Below are positions 37,066 to 45,553 of a DNA stretch of 49,731 bases, in pieces. The stretch comes from a virus. Lineage: Duplodnaviria; Caudoviricetes. How positions within the stretch are numbered: the first letter of the stretch is position 1; each line of letters begins with the position of its first letter. A program made the translations under genes and the position numbers. The stretch covers positions 1 through 49,731 of IMG/VR virus record IMGVR_UViG_3300044740_000032; one strand, 5' to 3'. A model generated the notes under the pieces. It searched no databases, had not been told where the DNA came from, and saw nothing but the letters and a program-made list of their open reading frames with translations.

Positions 37066-37382
37066 GACTGCACCTCCACCTCACACGACACGATGCGCGT
37101 GCGCCAAGCCGCATTCGGCACGTACCCGCTTGCGCTGCACGCCGTGCACGCTACGTAGGTCGCCTTGCAACGCGGCTTGAGCGCGCGCCCCTTGCCAGAG
37201 CACTTCTCGCAACGCGGTTCGATCACTACATCGACTTTTTCGTAATGCGGACCGTCCGAATCGGTGAGGTAGTAGCGCGCGTTCTCCGCTACGACGTCGA
37301 GCGCGTTGCCGGCGTGCGCACCGACGACGGTGCAAGAGTGGCGTCCGAAGTGAATCTGCACGCTGTAGTTGAGCGCGCTCAC
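37062..37382 (-). CDS. Hypothetical protein with DnaJ-type Zn-finger pair
   Basis: CEKCSGKG...CTACSASG; ends EVQS. Confidence 0.65.
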   Translation of the reverse strand: MSALNYSVQIHFGRHSCTVVGAHAGNALDVVAENARYYLTDSDGPHYEKVDVVIEPRCEKCSGKGRALKPRCKATYVACTACSASGYVPNAAWRTRIVSCEVEVQS

Positions 37383-37618
37383 GACTGCACCGCCTTCACG
37401 CACCAGAAGGAGCCCGCGACGCCGCGTTCGTGCAACTCCGCGCAAACCTGATCCGACGTCTCGCGCCGGCCAAGCACCCGGAGTCCGAGCGACTTCGCGG
37501 CGTCGTTGATCGAGCCGGCCAGGACGACGTACGACGGAACCTCCGTCTCGGTCGGGAGGTAGAGTGCGGTCTGCTCTGCCCCGTCCACGGTGCTGCGCTT
37601 CACGATTGCCTTCGCCAT
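37379..37618 (-). CDS. Hypothetical protein, first gene of the cassette operon
   Basis: ATG downstream of the promoter at 37668-37696; ends AVQS. Confidence 0.6.
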   Translation of the reverse strand: MAKAIVKRSTVDGAEQTALYLPTETEVPSYVVLAGSINDAAKSLGLRVLGRRETSDQVCAELHERGVAGSFWCVKAVQS

Positions 37619-37667
37619 TCTGTCCGTCCTTCCGTCTTGCCGCGGGTCCGTCCCGCTGACACCACTG

Positions 37668-37696
37668 AATCTAGCTACTGCCCGGGCAGCGCGCAA
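37668..37696 (-). promoter_or_regulatory. Sigma70-type promoter with palindromic operator in the spacer
   Basis: TTGCGC-17 nt-TAGATT on the minus strand; perfect palindrome CTGCCCGGGCAG at 37678-37689. Confidence 0.7.
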
Positions 37697-37740
37697 GCCC
37701 CTCCCGGTCGATTTTGTCGTTTTCCAGCAACCGTGCGAAT

Positions 37741-37989
37741 TCACGTCCGATTACAGGCGCGTGAGTCGTGCCCAGGACAACCGGTCTCGTACGAGAAGCC
37801 TTCGCACTCGCACATCGGCAGCACGCGCTTGCCCTCGACGAGGCGATCCATCAGCCACTCGCGCGCTTCGTCCGCGGACGCGTAGCGTCCTGTCTCGGTG
37901 TCGCGCACGAGACCGCGGAGTCTCCTCTTCGGCCACCGCAGCGCGCCGCGGATGTCGAGGCACATGTGGACGACTCGGCCGACGCTCAC
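37741..37989 (-). CDS. Hypothetical protein (C-terminal CxxF....GCPGH)
   Basis: AAGGAGG RBS; GTGA overlap. Confidence 0.6.
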   Translation of the reverse strand: MSVGRVVHMCLDIRGALRWPKRRLRGLVRDTETGRYASADEAREWLMDRLVEGKRVLPMCECEGFSYETGCPGHDSRACNRT

Positions 37990-38384
37990 GCCCCCTCCTT
38001 TCGTCCCAGCGCGTCGTAGGCGGCGAGGGCGTCGTCAATCTCGCCGGTGAGCCTGGACTCAGTCTCGTCGATGTGTCCCGGGTCGGCGCGCCAGCCCTCG
38101 CGCTCCCAGTCCCGCAGCGCCTTCGTCTTGGCGACCACCTCTCTCGCTGCGCGTAGCTCGGCGAGGAGAGACGTGGCGTCGTTCACGAGGGCGACGATCA
38201 GACGAGCGTCGGCGGCCCCGCAGCAAGCGATCCGCGTGGCCGGAGCGTCTGGGTCGGTGGTGGCGTGGTGCGTGCGCTCCCAGATCCACTCCTCGCCCTC
38301 GGTCGGCGTGCTGCCACCGTGGTCCCACGGCCTCGGCGTCGCCGCCGCCAGGAGCGCAGAGAGCGAGTCGAGATCAATGGTCAT
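37986..38384 (-). CDS. Ead/Ea22-like early protein
   Basis: LLAAATPRPW...DARLIVALVN..LLAEL pattern. Confidence 0.65.
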   Translation of the reverse strand: MTIDLDSLSALLAAATPRPWDHGGSTPTEGEEWIWERTHHATTDPDAPATRIACCGAADARLIVALVNDATSLLAELRAAREVVAKTKALRDWEREGWRADPGHIDETESRLTGEIDDALAAYDALGRKEGA

Positions 38385-38593
38385 AGGCCGGCCTCGCGGT
38401 CGAACGCGTCGTCGAGGTCGAAGAATCGGAGCCTGTTGCGATCGAAATGCCGATCGTGCTCCTCGGCCCACGTGGCGACGCGCTCGTGGCCATCCTTGCT
38501 CCACTGATCGCGGACGTCGTCGTACTCCCAGCCGCGCGCCGTCAGAAGCGCGATCCGGTACGCGCCTCGCGGCGTCACCGCGTTGATGATCAT
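38381..38593 (-). CDS. Hypothetical protein
   Basis: Coupled ORF with GAGG RBS. Confidence 0.5.
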   Translation of the reverse strand: MIINAVTPRGAYRIALLTARGWEYDDVRDQWSKDGHERVATWAEEHDRHFDRNRLRFFDLDDAFDREAGL

Positions 38594-38597
38594 CCCT

Positions 38598-38843
38598 CTA
38601 CCTCTCCTTCCCGCCGCTGCCCGGCGGCGCTCCAACGTGTACCGGCGCAACAACACCGCCGGAGTCGCGCGCCGCGCGGGCTGCGTAATCCTCGTCGATG
38701 TAGCAGACCGCAGCCTCAGTTACGCCCGTGATATCGAAGCGCGCGCATTCGACCGGGATCCAGACGTCGCCGCCCCAACGCCAGCCGACGCGCAGCGCGA
38801 ACGAGCGCGTCTTGTCGAGCACCGTCCAGACCACGAGGCTCAC
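38598..38843 (-). CDS. Hypothetical protein
   Basis: GAGGA RBS; GTGA overlap. Confidence 0.5.
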   Translation of the reverse strand: MSLVVWTVLDKTRSFALRVGWRWGGDVWIPVECARFDITGVTEAAVCYIDEDYAARAARDSGGVVAPVHVGAPPGSGGKER

Positions 38844-39322
38844 GGCGTCCTCGTCTTCGCGTCGTGGGCGCGGAGGGCGGCGAGCGCCTCGGAGAGACGC
38901 AGCACCTCACTATCGGACGTCGGTATGCACACCGCCGCTTCTACCACCGCTTCGAGCAGCCGCACACGCTCAGCCCCGTCGCCGGGCGAGGGATTCAATC
39001 GAGCCTCGAGTTCGCGGCGCGGCCCATCCGGCGCGTCATCGCTCCAAGCGCAGCAGCACGCGGGCGCCATCTCTCCGGGCGCAAGCCAGCAGATGCCAGC
39101 GTAGTCGAGCGCCGCTCGGCGTAGCGCATCGGTGCTGTGGCTTTGCCACGGCGAGACGCCGGGGTCCGTGGCCGCCTTGAGCGACAGAAGCAGCGTCCGA
39201 ATTTGGCGACCGACACTCTTTGGATCTGGCGGCATCGTGACCGTGACGCTCTTGGTGCAGGCATCGTCTTTCGAGGTGTCGTGCGTGCCGCCGCAGAGCG
39301 AGCAGTTGTAGACCGTCATCAC
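38840..39322 (-). CDS. Hypothetical Cys-rich protein
   Basis: AAGGAG RBS; CSLCGGTH motif. Confidence 0.55.
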   Translation of the reverse strand: MMTVYNCSLCGGTHDTSKDDACTKSVTVTMPPDPKSVGRQIRTLLLSLKAATDPGVSPWQSHSTDALRRAALDYAGICWLAPGEMAPACCCAWSDDAPDGPRRELEARLNPSPGDGAERVRLLEAVVEAAVCIPTSDSEVLRLSEALAALRAHDAKTRTP

Positions 39323-40140
39323 TTCGTCTCCTTGGTTCCGTCGCCGGGCGAGGCGGAGAGGGCGGCGTCGATCGTGGCGAGCACCTTGCCCGCGCGTGTG
39401 GACTCGTGCGACGCGTGGTCGGTGACGTACGGCCGCGCAGCGAGCAGCGCCGCCCGCAGCTTCGCCCCCTCGGCCTCTGCTGCGGCTTGATCCTTCAGCG
39501 CTCGGATGTACTTCGTCGACGCCGTGTCGTGCGCGTCGGTCATGTTTCGCAGGTCCCGCTCCGCGGCGGCGAGTTTGGCGAGGGCGGCGTCGCGCTCGGC
39601 TCGAACCGACTTCGCCAACGGCCGGTGATCGTGCATGCCGTCATGCCCGTACGGCGCTACGCACGGCGTGAAGTCCTCCGCGTAGAACGGAGCCGGAACC
39701 CCGCACGGCGGACGCACCCGCTCGTTCCGCGTATCAATTCCGGGGCACCGCTGACGTACTACGCCGAGCAGTCGATGCAGTGCACCGGTGTTGAATCGGT
39801 ACCCGGTGACGTACCCGCCGCTGTCCTCGGTCTTCTTCGCGACGAGGATCAGATCCTCGACGCCTTGGCCGATTTCGTCGCGCTCCGCCCGCAGCCGCTC
39901 GACCTCGCCCCGCAGCTGAGCGACCTCGGCGTCGCGGGCGGTGAGAGTGGCGCGCGCCTTCTCGTACTCGCCCTTGTACGCCTGCGCCTCGACGACGCTG
40001 CGCTCTGCGCGGTGGTTCGTGGAACACGCGAGGTTGCCGTGAGCGAAGCTGATCTTCTGCGCGATGCGCTCGTCGTCGCTCTTGTAGTCCGGCGAGTAGC
40101 CGACGTGGCCAGGCAGGATCTTCGGATCGTTGTCGCTCAT
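39319..40140 (-). CDS. Coiled-coil mosaic early protein
   Basis: GGAGGAG RBS; repeated RAERD heptads; C...GHDGMH segment. Confidence 0.6.
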   Translation of the reverse strand: MSDNDPKILPGHVGYSPDYKSDDERIAQKISFAHGNLACSTNHRAERSVVEAQAYKGEYEKARATLTARDAEVAQLRGEVERLRAERDEIGQGVEDLILVAKKTEDSGGYVTGYRFNTGALHRLLGVVRQRCPGIDTRNERVRPPCGVPAPFYAEDFTPCVAPYGHDGMHDHRPLAKSVRAERDAALAKLAAAERDLRNMTDAHDTASTKYIRALKDQAAAEAEGAKLRAALLAARPYVTDHASHESTRAGKVLATIDAALSASPGDGTKETK

Positions 40141-40406
40141 CGGATCTCCTCCAACGCGGCGCGCGCCTTGTCGAGCAGGGCCGAGACAGCGATGGCCGGC
40201 AGTGGCTCTGCGATGTCGTCGAACGCCGCTGCGTCCAGCGCCTCCATCAGCTCGCCGACGAGGGCGCGCAAGCGGGAGCGATCGGTGGTGAGGGCGGCGA
40301 GTTGCGCCACGAGCGCCAGGTCCTGGCGCTCGCACGATTCGCAGACGTGCGCGCCGTGCGGACAGCGCCGATCGGGGCTCCACCCATTCACCCCGTCAGC
40401 CGGCAT
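40137..40406 (-). CDS. Zn-finger plus coiled-coil hypothetical protein
   Basis: CPHGAHVCESC motif. Confidence 0.55.
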   Translation of the reverse strand: MPADGVNGWSPDRRCPHGAHVCESCERQDLALVAQLAALTTDRSRLRALVGELMEALDAAAFDDIAEPLPAIAVSALLDKARAALEEIR

Positions 40407-40602
40407 CTCTCACCTCCACGTCCCCGCAGATCCCGCATCGCCAGCCGCCTTGCCCGTCGCCGTCCCTCGACGGATGCGAGCAGTAGCCGCAGCCGTTCGG
40501 GTACGCCGGCTTCGTGTGCGCCACCATCCCGAAGCCGTCGTGGTCCGGCTCCTCGGCCCCGCAGCGGGGGCAGGTCATTGTGGGTTGTTGGTCAGCCGGC
40601 AT
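40396..40602 (-). CDS. Cys-rich Zn-ribbon mini-protein
   Basis: CPRCG, CGYCSH and CGICG motifs. Confidence 0.6.
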   Translation of the reverse strand: MPADQQPTMTCPRCGAEEPDHDGFGMVAHTKPAYPNGCGYCSHPSRDGDGQGGWRCGICGDVEVRDAG

Positions 40603-40882
40603 CGCTCACCTCTCCGCGATAGATGCGAGCCAGCGCCTCGCCGATCGGCGTCTCGTATCCGAAGTCACCCGGCGCGCCGAACGCGCGATGCAACTCGGCG
40701 ACGTCGGCGACGGGGACCAGCCGGCGGAGGCAGGCGACCAACTCCACGGCCTCCCGCAACAAGATCGTGAGGTCGAAGACCTCGTTCTCCGTTCGATCGA
40801 TCGCAAGCTCACGCAGGCGGTCGATCGCTTCGCGATACTCGCGTCCTCGCTTCGTCAACGCGTCGACAAGAACCTTGCTCAT
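40592..40882 (-). CDS. Hypothetical protein
   Basis: GGAGG RBS; FGAPGDFGYETPIGEAL motif. Confidence 0.6.
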   Translation of the reverse strand: MSKVLVDALTKRGREYREAIDRLRELAIDRTENEVFDLTILLREAVELVACLRRLVPVADVAELHRAFGAPGDFGYETPIGEALARIYRGEVSDAG

Positions 40883-41100
40883 CACCGCCTCCTCTCCGGC
40901 CTCGCGGCCTGCCGATCTCTCCGTATTCGCCTCGCGACGTCGCCCGCGCTCTCGCTCAGCATCCACGCGAGGTACAGCGCCGTGCCCACGTGCACGCGGC
41001 CCTCGGGTGCGCGCGCTGCGATCGTCGCGAGACGGAGCCAGCCCGGCACCGAGACGAGGAAGCGCAGCACGCGGAGGGTGAGCCAAAAGGCGCGGGTCAC
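40882..41100 (-). CDS. Hypothetical protein
   Basis: AAGGAG RBS; GTGA overlap. Confidence 0.45.
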   Translation of the reverse strand: MTRAFWLTLRVLRFLVSVPGWLRLATIAARAPEGRVHVGTALYLAWMLSESAGDVARRIRRDRQAARPERRR

Positions 41101-41792
41101 GTCGGCTCCTTCAGCTTCGCCAGCGCCGCGCGGGCGAACTCGCGCGTCGGGCTGCTCGCGTCCCACGCATTGCTCAATCGCTCCAGCGCCACCACCGCCA
41201 CGGCGAGCTTGCCCTCGAGATCCTCGACGCGCGCCATCAGCGCCTTGTCCGCGCCCTCGGTCAGCAGCGCCGCGTACGCGTTCGCGTTGGACGCCTGGGC
41301 CGCCGCGTCGACGATGGCCTCGTTCTTCGCGCGCTCAGCCTCGGCGAGCTCCGCGGTCAAACGTTCAACCGCCTTCTCGTTCTCCCAACAACACGTCGCG
41401 CGCGAGATCTCCTTGTCCTCCCAGCGCTTGACCTGGGCGCGGAGTTCGTCACGCTCCGCTTCGAGCGTCGCAGCCACGCGCTTCAAGTCCGACGCCTTCT
41501 CGCGGAGGTCGTCCCTCTGCCTCACCAGTTCCCGCACCGCCTCGTCGTACGGCTCGACGACGACGTCGCCCGCGTCGCATAGCGCGCCGGAGACGCGCAT
41601 CAGCATCACGTGGTCGGCGCGCAGTTCGTCCGCCTCGGCTGCCGCGCTCAACTCGTGCGCCTCAGCGATTCGTTTCGCCTCGTGTGCCGACTCCTTCGCG
41701 CACACCAGCCCCGCCGCGACCGCCTTCGCCTCCGCGAGCTCGGACTCGAGGGCAGCGATGCGGGCCCCGAGATCAGAACGGGATGTCGTCAT
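41097..41792 (-). CDS. Coiled-coil hypothetical protein
   Basis: Ala/Glu-rich heptads; GGAGG RBS. Confidence 0.6.
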   Translation of the reverse strand: MTTSRSDLGARIAALESELAEAKAVAAGLVCAKESAHEAKRIAEAHELSAAAEADELRADHVMLMRVSGALCDAGDVVVEPYDEAVRELVRQRDDLREKASDLKRVAATLEAERDELRAQVKRWEDKEISRATCCWENEKAVERLTAELAEAERAKNEAIVDAAAQASNANAYAALLTEGADKALMARVEDLEGKLAVAVVALERLSNAWDASSPTREFARAALAKLKEPT

Positions 41793-42207
41793 CTCCGCCT
41801 CCCGGTGCCGCCGCGTCCTGCGAGCCGCTCGGGTGCGCGCGGGAAGCGTAGGGGTCGTCGACGGTCGACGCGCCGCCGGTCTTCTTCGCCGACAAAAACA
41901 CGACCTCGTCGACGGCCACCTTCGTGTAGTGCTGCGCCGAACCGTTTTTCTCGACCTTGTCGATTCGGAGCTTGCCGCGCACGAGAATCCGCTCGCCCTT
42001 TTTGAGGTGCGGCGCGAGGCCCTGCGCGCGCTTACCCCAGATCGCGCAATTCACCCAGTCCGTGCGCTCCTTCTTGTCGCCGCTCTTGTCCTTCCACGAC
42101 TCGCTCACGCCGAGCGAGAAGTTGAGGACAGCGTCTCCGGACGTAGACTTGAGCTCCGCGTCGCGTCCTAGATTGCCTATTAGCGTGATCGAGTTGTAAC
42201 CGCTCAT
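41773..42207 (-). CDS. ssb: Single-stranded DNA-binding protein
   Basis: LIGNLGRDAE, TDWVNC.IWGK and acidic DDDIPF tail. Confidence 0.97.
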   Translation of the reverse strand: MSGYNSITLIGNLGRDAELKSTSGDAVLNFSLGVSESWKDKSGDKKERTDWVNCAIWGKRAQGLAPHLKKGERILVRGKLRIDKVEKNGSAQHYTKVAVDEVVFLSAKKTGGASTVDDPYASRAHPSGSQDAAAPGGGDDDIPF

Positions 42208-42220
42208 GCTCGTCTCCCGT

Positions 42221-42970
42221 CTACGCGGCGATCACTTCGCCGTCGATGATCAGATCCGCGTCCTCGACGATGTCGAGATCGACGATCGCCTGCACGTACT
42301 CCGGCCACTCGTTCGCTGCCTCGCACGCGAGCAAGCGCTCCATCCACAAGCGACAGAGCTTGCGCCCCTCCTCAAGCGCACGCGGCGTGGCCCGCAGCAC
42401 CGTCACCGCGTACGGCGGCTCGGGCTCGACCGCGACGAGAAACGCTTCGCGTGGGGGCTTGCCGACGAATGACGCGGCATCGGCGTAAAACGCGAGCTGC
42501 GCGTGATAACACATGCGTAGAGCGCCGCGAGAGAAGCGGCCCGGCTCCGACGACGCCGACGTCTTGAGATCGGTGATGAAGCCGTCGCCGAGCACGTCGA
42601 GGCGGGAGGAGCACTTGCGGCCAAGCATCTCCCATTCGACGTGCGTCTCGAGCTCGCCGACGAGCAGCGGTCCCGCGATCGGGTGCTGGCGCACGGCGGT
42701 CGCCACGCGCTCAGCCTCCGAGTACTCCTCGCCCGTGACGATGTCGACGCCCGGGTGCGCGGCCTTGAACTCCGACCACGCCTTCCCGCGCCGCTCGCCC
42801 TCGTAGATCGCGCACTGGTAGCCACCGCCGAGTGCGAGCCCGTGCACGAGGCGGCCGCGCATCATCGCCGGCGTGTCCCGCTTCTCTCCGTCGAGGCGCG
42901 CTCGGTAGTGCGCCGGCGAGAGCGCCATGTGCTTGAGATCCGAGAAGTGCACCGGGGCGCGCGACGTCAC
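42221..42970 (-). CDS. RecE/ExoVIII-like PD-(D/E)XK nuclease
   Basis: FSDLK..SPAHY, GRLVH, RLD..ITDLKT, YHAQLAFY and VE..PPY motifs. Confidence 0.88.
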   Translation of the reverse strand: MTSRAPVHFSDLKHMALSPAHYRARLDGEKRDTPAMMRGRLVHGLALGGGYQCAIYEGERRGKAWSEFKAAHPGVDIVTGEEYSEAERVATAVRQHPIAGPLLVGELETHVEWEMLGRKCSSRLDVLGDGFITDLKTSASSEPGRFSRGALRMCYHAQLAFYADAASFVGKPPREAFLVAVEPEPPYAVTVLRATPRALEEGRKLCRLWMERLLACEAANEWPEYVQAIVDLDIVEDADLIIDGEVIAA

Positions 42971-43146
42971 GGCTGCACCGCCTGCGTGGTCTCCGCCTGC
43001 ATGCGCTCCCATTCGGCAGTCCACTTCCAGGGCTTGTGCAGGAAGTAACTGACGTCGTCGGGCAGATCGCCGCGCGCCTCGAGCCAGTCGTAGAGCGCAG
43101 CGACGTTCGCGACGACCTCGTGCCAGGCCGGACGCAGGAGGCTCAC
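42967..43146 (-). CDS. Hypothetical protein
   Basis: GTGA overlaps; ends AVQP in a variant of the junction linker. Confidence 0.5.
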   Translation of the reverse strand: MSLLRPAWHEVVANVAALYDWLEARGDLPDDVSYFLHKPWKWTAEWERMQAETTQAVQP

Positions 43147-43559
43147 GACGCGTCCCCCGTCGTCGCCACGGCGTCGTCGATCACCACGCCGTCCGCGTCG
43201 TGCTTGCTGTTCGACTTGCCGCCCGCGCGCGGCACCGTCGGCCGCACGCGGATGCACTCCACGGTCTCGCTCCCGAACGTCGTCTGTGTCGGGTAGATCG
43301 TGATCCGCTGACCGATCCACCTGCTCGTGTCGTTGCCGTACATCGCCGCGATCGTCTTCGCGTTCGTCCGGTTGAGCGCGAGGCCCTTCTCGCGGCCCTC
43401 GAAGTGCACCACCGGCTTCTTGTTTTTCTTGCCGCCCGGCGCCGTCAGCACCGAGGCCTCGACCCGCGAGATCGTGACCACGACGTCGCGGCCCAAGAGG
43501 TCCCACGCGCCGATGTAGTCGCGGTCGAACATGCTTCTCCAGTCAGTTGCTCCGCTCAT
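43143..43559 (-). CDS. Conserved phage recombination-module protein (putative ssDNA-binding/annealing)
   Basis: Y..AWDL..VTI..V..KPVVHF..LALNRTNAKTI..YG....WIGQRITIY; adjacent to the exonuclease and ssb. Confidence 0.65.
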   Translation of the reverse strand: MSGATDWRSMFDRDYIGAWDLLGRDVVVTISRVEASVLTAPGGKKNKKPVVHFEGREKGLALNRTNAKTIAAMYGNDTSRWIGQRITIYPTQTTFGSETVECIRVRPTVPRAGGKSNSKHDADGVVIDDAVATTGDAS

Positions 43560-43761
43560 GGCTGCCGCCCTCCTCTCCAGATCCCTTGCGTCCATCACTT
43601 CACCTTCCGCCGACCGGTGACGCCCAGCGTGGAGACGACTGCTCCACGCCCTTGCCACTCCGCACCATGCCACGGCAGGCCGCTGCTCACCGGACCGCTG
43701 ACGTGCCCGCCGTGCCACTGTCATCATCTGAGCACCCCCTGGAGCGACGACAGCGGGCGCG

Positions 43762-43989
43762 TCACGGCGCGCACCCGCCGACAACGCGCCAACCGCCCGG
43801 GCAGTCGTACCGGATCGCGCCCGCTTGCCTCGATCGCTGGAGCGCGCGATCGATCTGACGGTACGTCACGAACTCGCCTAGCTCATTGCGGACGTAGCGC
43901 TCGATCGCTCTGGCCCGCACGTGACCCGCGCGCACTGCCGCGACGACCGCGTCCTCGAGCGTTTGGCGCTGCATCGGAGAGTCGCTCAC
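43762..43989 (-). CDS. Winged-helix-like hypothetical protein
   Basis: YRQIDRALQR.RQAGAIRY..GGW pattern. Confidence 0.55.
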   Translation of the reverse strand: MSDSPMQRQTLEDAVVAAVRAGHVRARAIERYVRNELGEFVTYRQIDRALQRSRQAGAIRYDCPGGWRVVGGCAP

Positions 43990-44183
43990 AGCGCACCTCC
44001 CGTCGTCACCGCCCGCACGCGCTCCCGGAGCGCTCGCCGGCCTGAGTCCGAGAACGCATTCGTCTCGGCGAACACCGCAACGACGATCGTCATGACGTCC
44101 ATGCGGCGCTCTTCGGGCAGTCGCGCGAGCACCGCGAGCATCTCCGCCGCGGCCGCGATCTCACCGTCGTGCGCGCGGCTCAC
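43986..44183 (-). CDS. Hypothetical protein
   Basis: GAGG RBS; GTGA overlaps. Confidence 0.5.
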   Translation of the reverse strand: MSRAHDGEIAAAAEMLAVLARLPEERRMDVMTIVVAVFAETNAFSDSGRRALRERVRAVTTGGAL

Positions 44184-44467
44184 GCGAGCACCTCGAGGAG
44201 GCGCGTGAGCGCGTCCCACGCGCGCATCCACTGCTCGTCGGACCGCGTGCCGGACGCGTCGGCGTAACCGTCGCACCACCAATGCGCGCGATCGGCAGCC
44301 GTCCGGAGCGCGTCGATGCCGCGGGCCGACGCGTCGACGAGCGTGTCCGCCATCAGCGCGCCGCCGCGGAGCGGCTTGAGCGCCGTGCACGCCAGCGTGA
44401 GCGCCAGGGCGTGAGCGAGCGGCGCGGGGCCACCGCCGCGGATCGCGACGACGTCGGGGCTACCCAT
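44180..44467 (-). CDS. Hypothetical protein
   Basis: GGAGGA RBS within a 16-bp repeat. Confidence 0.5.
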   Translation of the reverse strand: MGSPDVVAIRGGGPAPLAHALALTLACTALKPLRGGALMADTLVDASARGIDALRTAADRAHWWCDGYADASGTRSDEQWMRAWDALTRLLEVLA

Positions 44468-44720
44468 GGCGGTCCTCCAGGATCTCGGCGATGCGAGAGA
44501 TCGCCGCAGCGGCCTCCTCGTCGCCGCTCATGTTCACCGCGATCGACGCCTTCGCCATCGCGACGACGTACGGAGAGCGGTGACGCGAGCACATGATCTC
44601 GGTCACCGAGTGGATGTCGCTGAACGCGGCGCCGACGGCCACGCCGAGCGCGAACGCCTGCGTCGCGTCGATCGTGTTCGTACGCGCGATGTCGCAGAGC
44701 GGGCAGGGGCGATCAGCCAT
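44460..44720 (-). CDS. CxxC...CxxH protein flanked by 16-bp direct repeats
   Basis: CPLC...CSRH; ends EDRHG. Confidence 0.6.
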   Translation of the reverse strand: MADRPCPLCDIARTNTIDATQAFALGVAVGAAFSDIHSVTEIMCSRHRSPYVVAMAKASIAVNMSGDEEAAAAISRIAEILEDRHG

Positions 44721-44907
44721 GGCGGTCCTCCACCTTCCGGAGCCGCGCCTCGATCGCGTCGAGCACGCGGAGCAGCGCGCGACCGATGCCGCGCAGGACC
44801 GCGTCGCCGCAGGCGTCGATCGAGATCCACTCCTCGACGTTGGTCCTCGCCGCGCTCGTCTCCTCCCTGAGCGCGCGCACCGCCGCGCCGTCCACCAGAT
44901 CGCTCAC
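44713..44907 (-). CDS. Hypothetical protein
   Basis: GTGA overlap; ends EDRHG. Confidence 0.5.
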   Translation of the reverse strand: MSDLVDGAAVRALREETSAARTNVEEWISIDACGDAVLRGIGRALLRVLDAIEARLRKVEDRHG

Positions 44908-45155
44908 GACTGCCCCCGCAGCGTCGCCGCCAACGCCACCGCGTACTCGACGCAGACGCGCGCGACGGACATCGAGCCGCCGAGCTCGAAGCTGTTGACC
45001 GCCATCGACGCGCGCTCCAGCGCGACGCGCACCGCTGCGGGCACCTCGGGCACGAGATCGAGATCGCGCTCCACGCCGCGCAGGACGCGGGCCAGTTCGG
45101 CCGGCGACACCCGCTCGCGCACCAGCAACTCCTCCGTCACCATCGCCATGCTCAT
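44904..45155 (-). CDS. Hypothetical protein
   Basis: GGAGGGAG RBS; ATGA overlap; ends GQS in a linker variant. Confidence 0.5.
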   Translation of the reverse strand: MSMAMVTEELLVRERVSPAELARVLRGVERDLDLVPEVPAAVRVALERASMAVNSFELGGSMSVARVCVEYAVALAATLRGQS

Positions 45156-45553
45156 CGCTCCCTCCACGTGTCGACCATCTGTCCGCTCGGCCCGAGAGCC
45201 TGAAATCGTCCGCGGGCCTGGATTTTCAGCCGCTCCGCAGACGTGACCGCTCGCGCGACGTAGTGCTCGTCCAGCGCCCCGCGCGCGTACTCGTCCACGC
45301 AGTGACGCGCGCGCGTCAGCTGGTCCGCCGCGGCGTCGAGCTCGCGCGACGCCGGCAGCGACACGAGCTCCGCGGCGAGCGCGTCGAGCCGCTCCGTGTA
45401 GTGGCTCGCGGGCTTGGGTGCAGGCTGCGACGCGAGGTAGCGCGCGCGCCGCTCCGCCGCCTGCTCGGGCGTGTCGCCGGGCTGCGGGGCCATCTCGCGC
45501 ATCTCCGCGCGGCGGCGCCAGTCCATCCGCTCGCGGTGAGACCAGCGGCTCAC
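45152..45553 (-). CDS. Hypothetical protein with Arg-rich N-terminus
   Basis: GGAGG RBS; GTGA overlap. Confidence 0.55.
   Translation of the reverse strand: MSRWSHRERMDWRRRAEMREMAPQPGDTPEQAAERRARYLASQPAPKPASHYTERLDALAAELVSLPASRELDAAADQLTRARHCVDEYARGALDEHYVARAVTSAERLKIQARGRFQALGPSGQMVDTWRER

Larger units (their letters stand above)
36491..37391 (-). repeat. Four copies of gene-junction repeat (GA)GGTGCAGTCGTGA
   Basis: Plus-strand TCACGACTGCACCTC at 36491, 36763 and 37062; TCACGACTGCACC at 37379. Confidence 0.92.

Noticed and set aside
36491-37391. Junction repeats as a CRISPR/TIGR-like array or integron attC sites
   Set aside because: Spacing is gene-sized (about 270-320 bp), the repeats are non-palindromic and coincide with RBS/stop/start, and no integron integrase or guide-RNA effector was seen.
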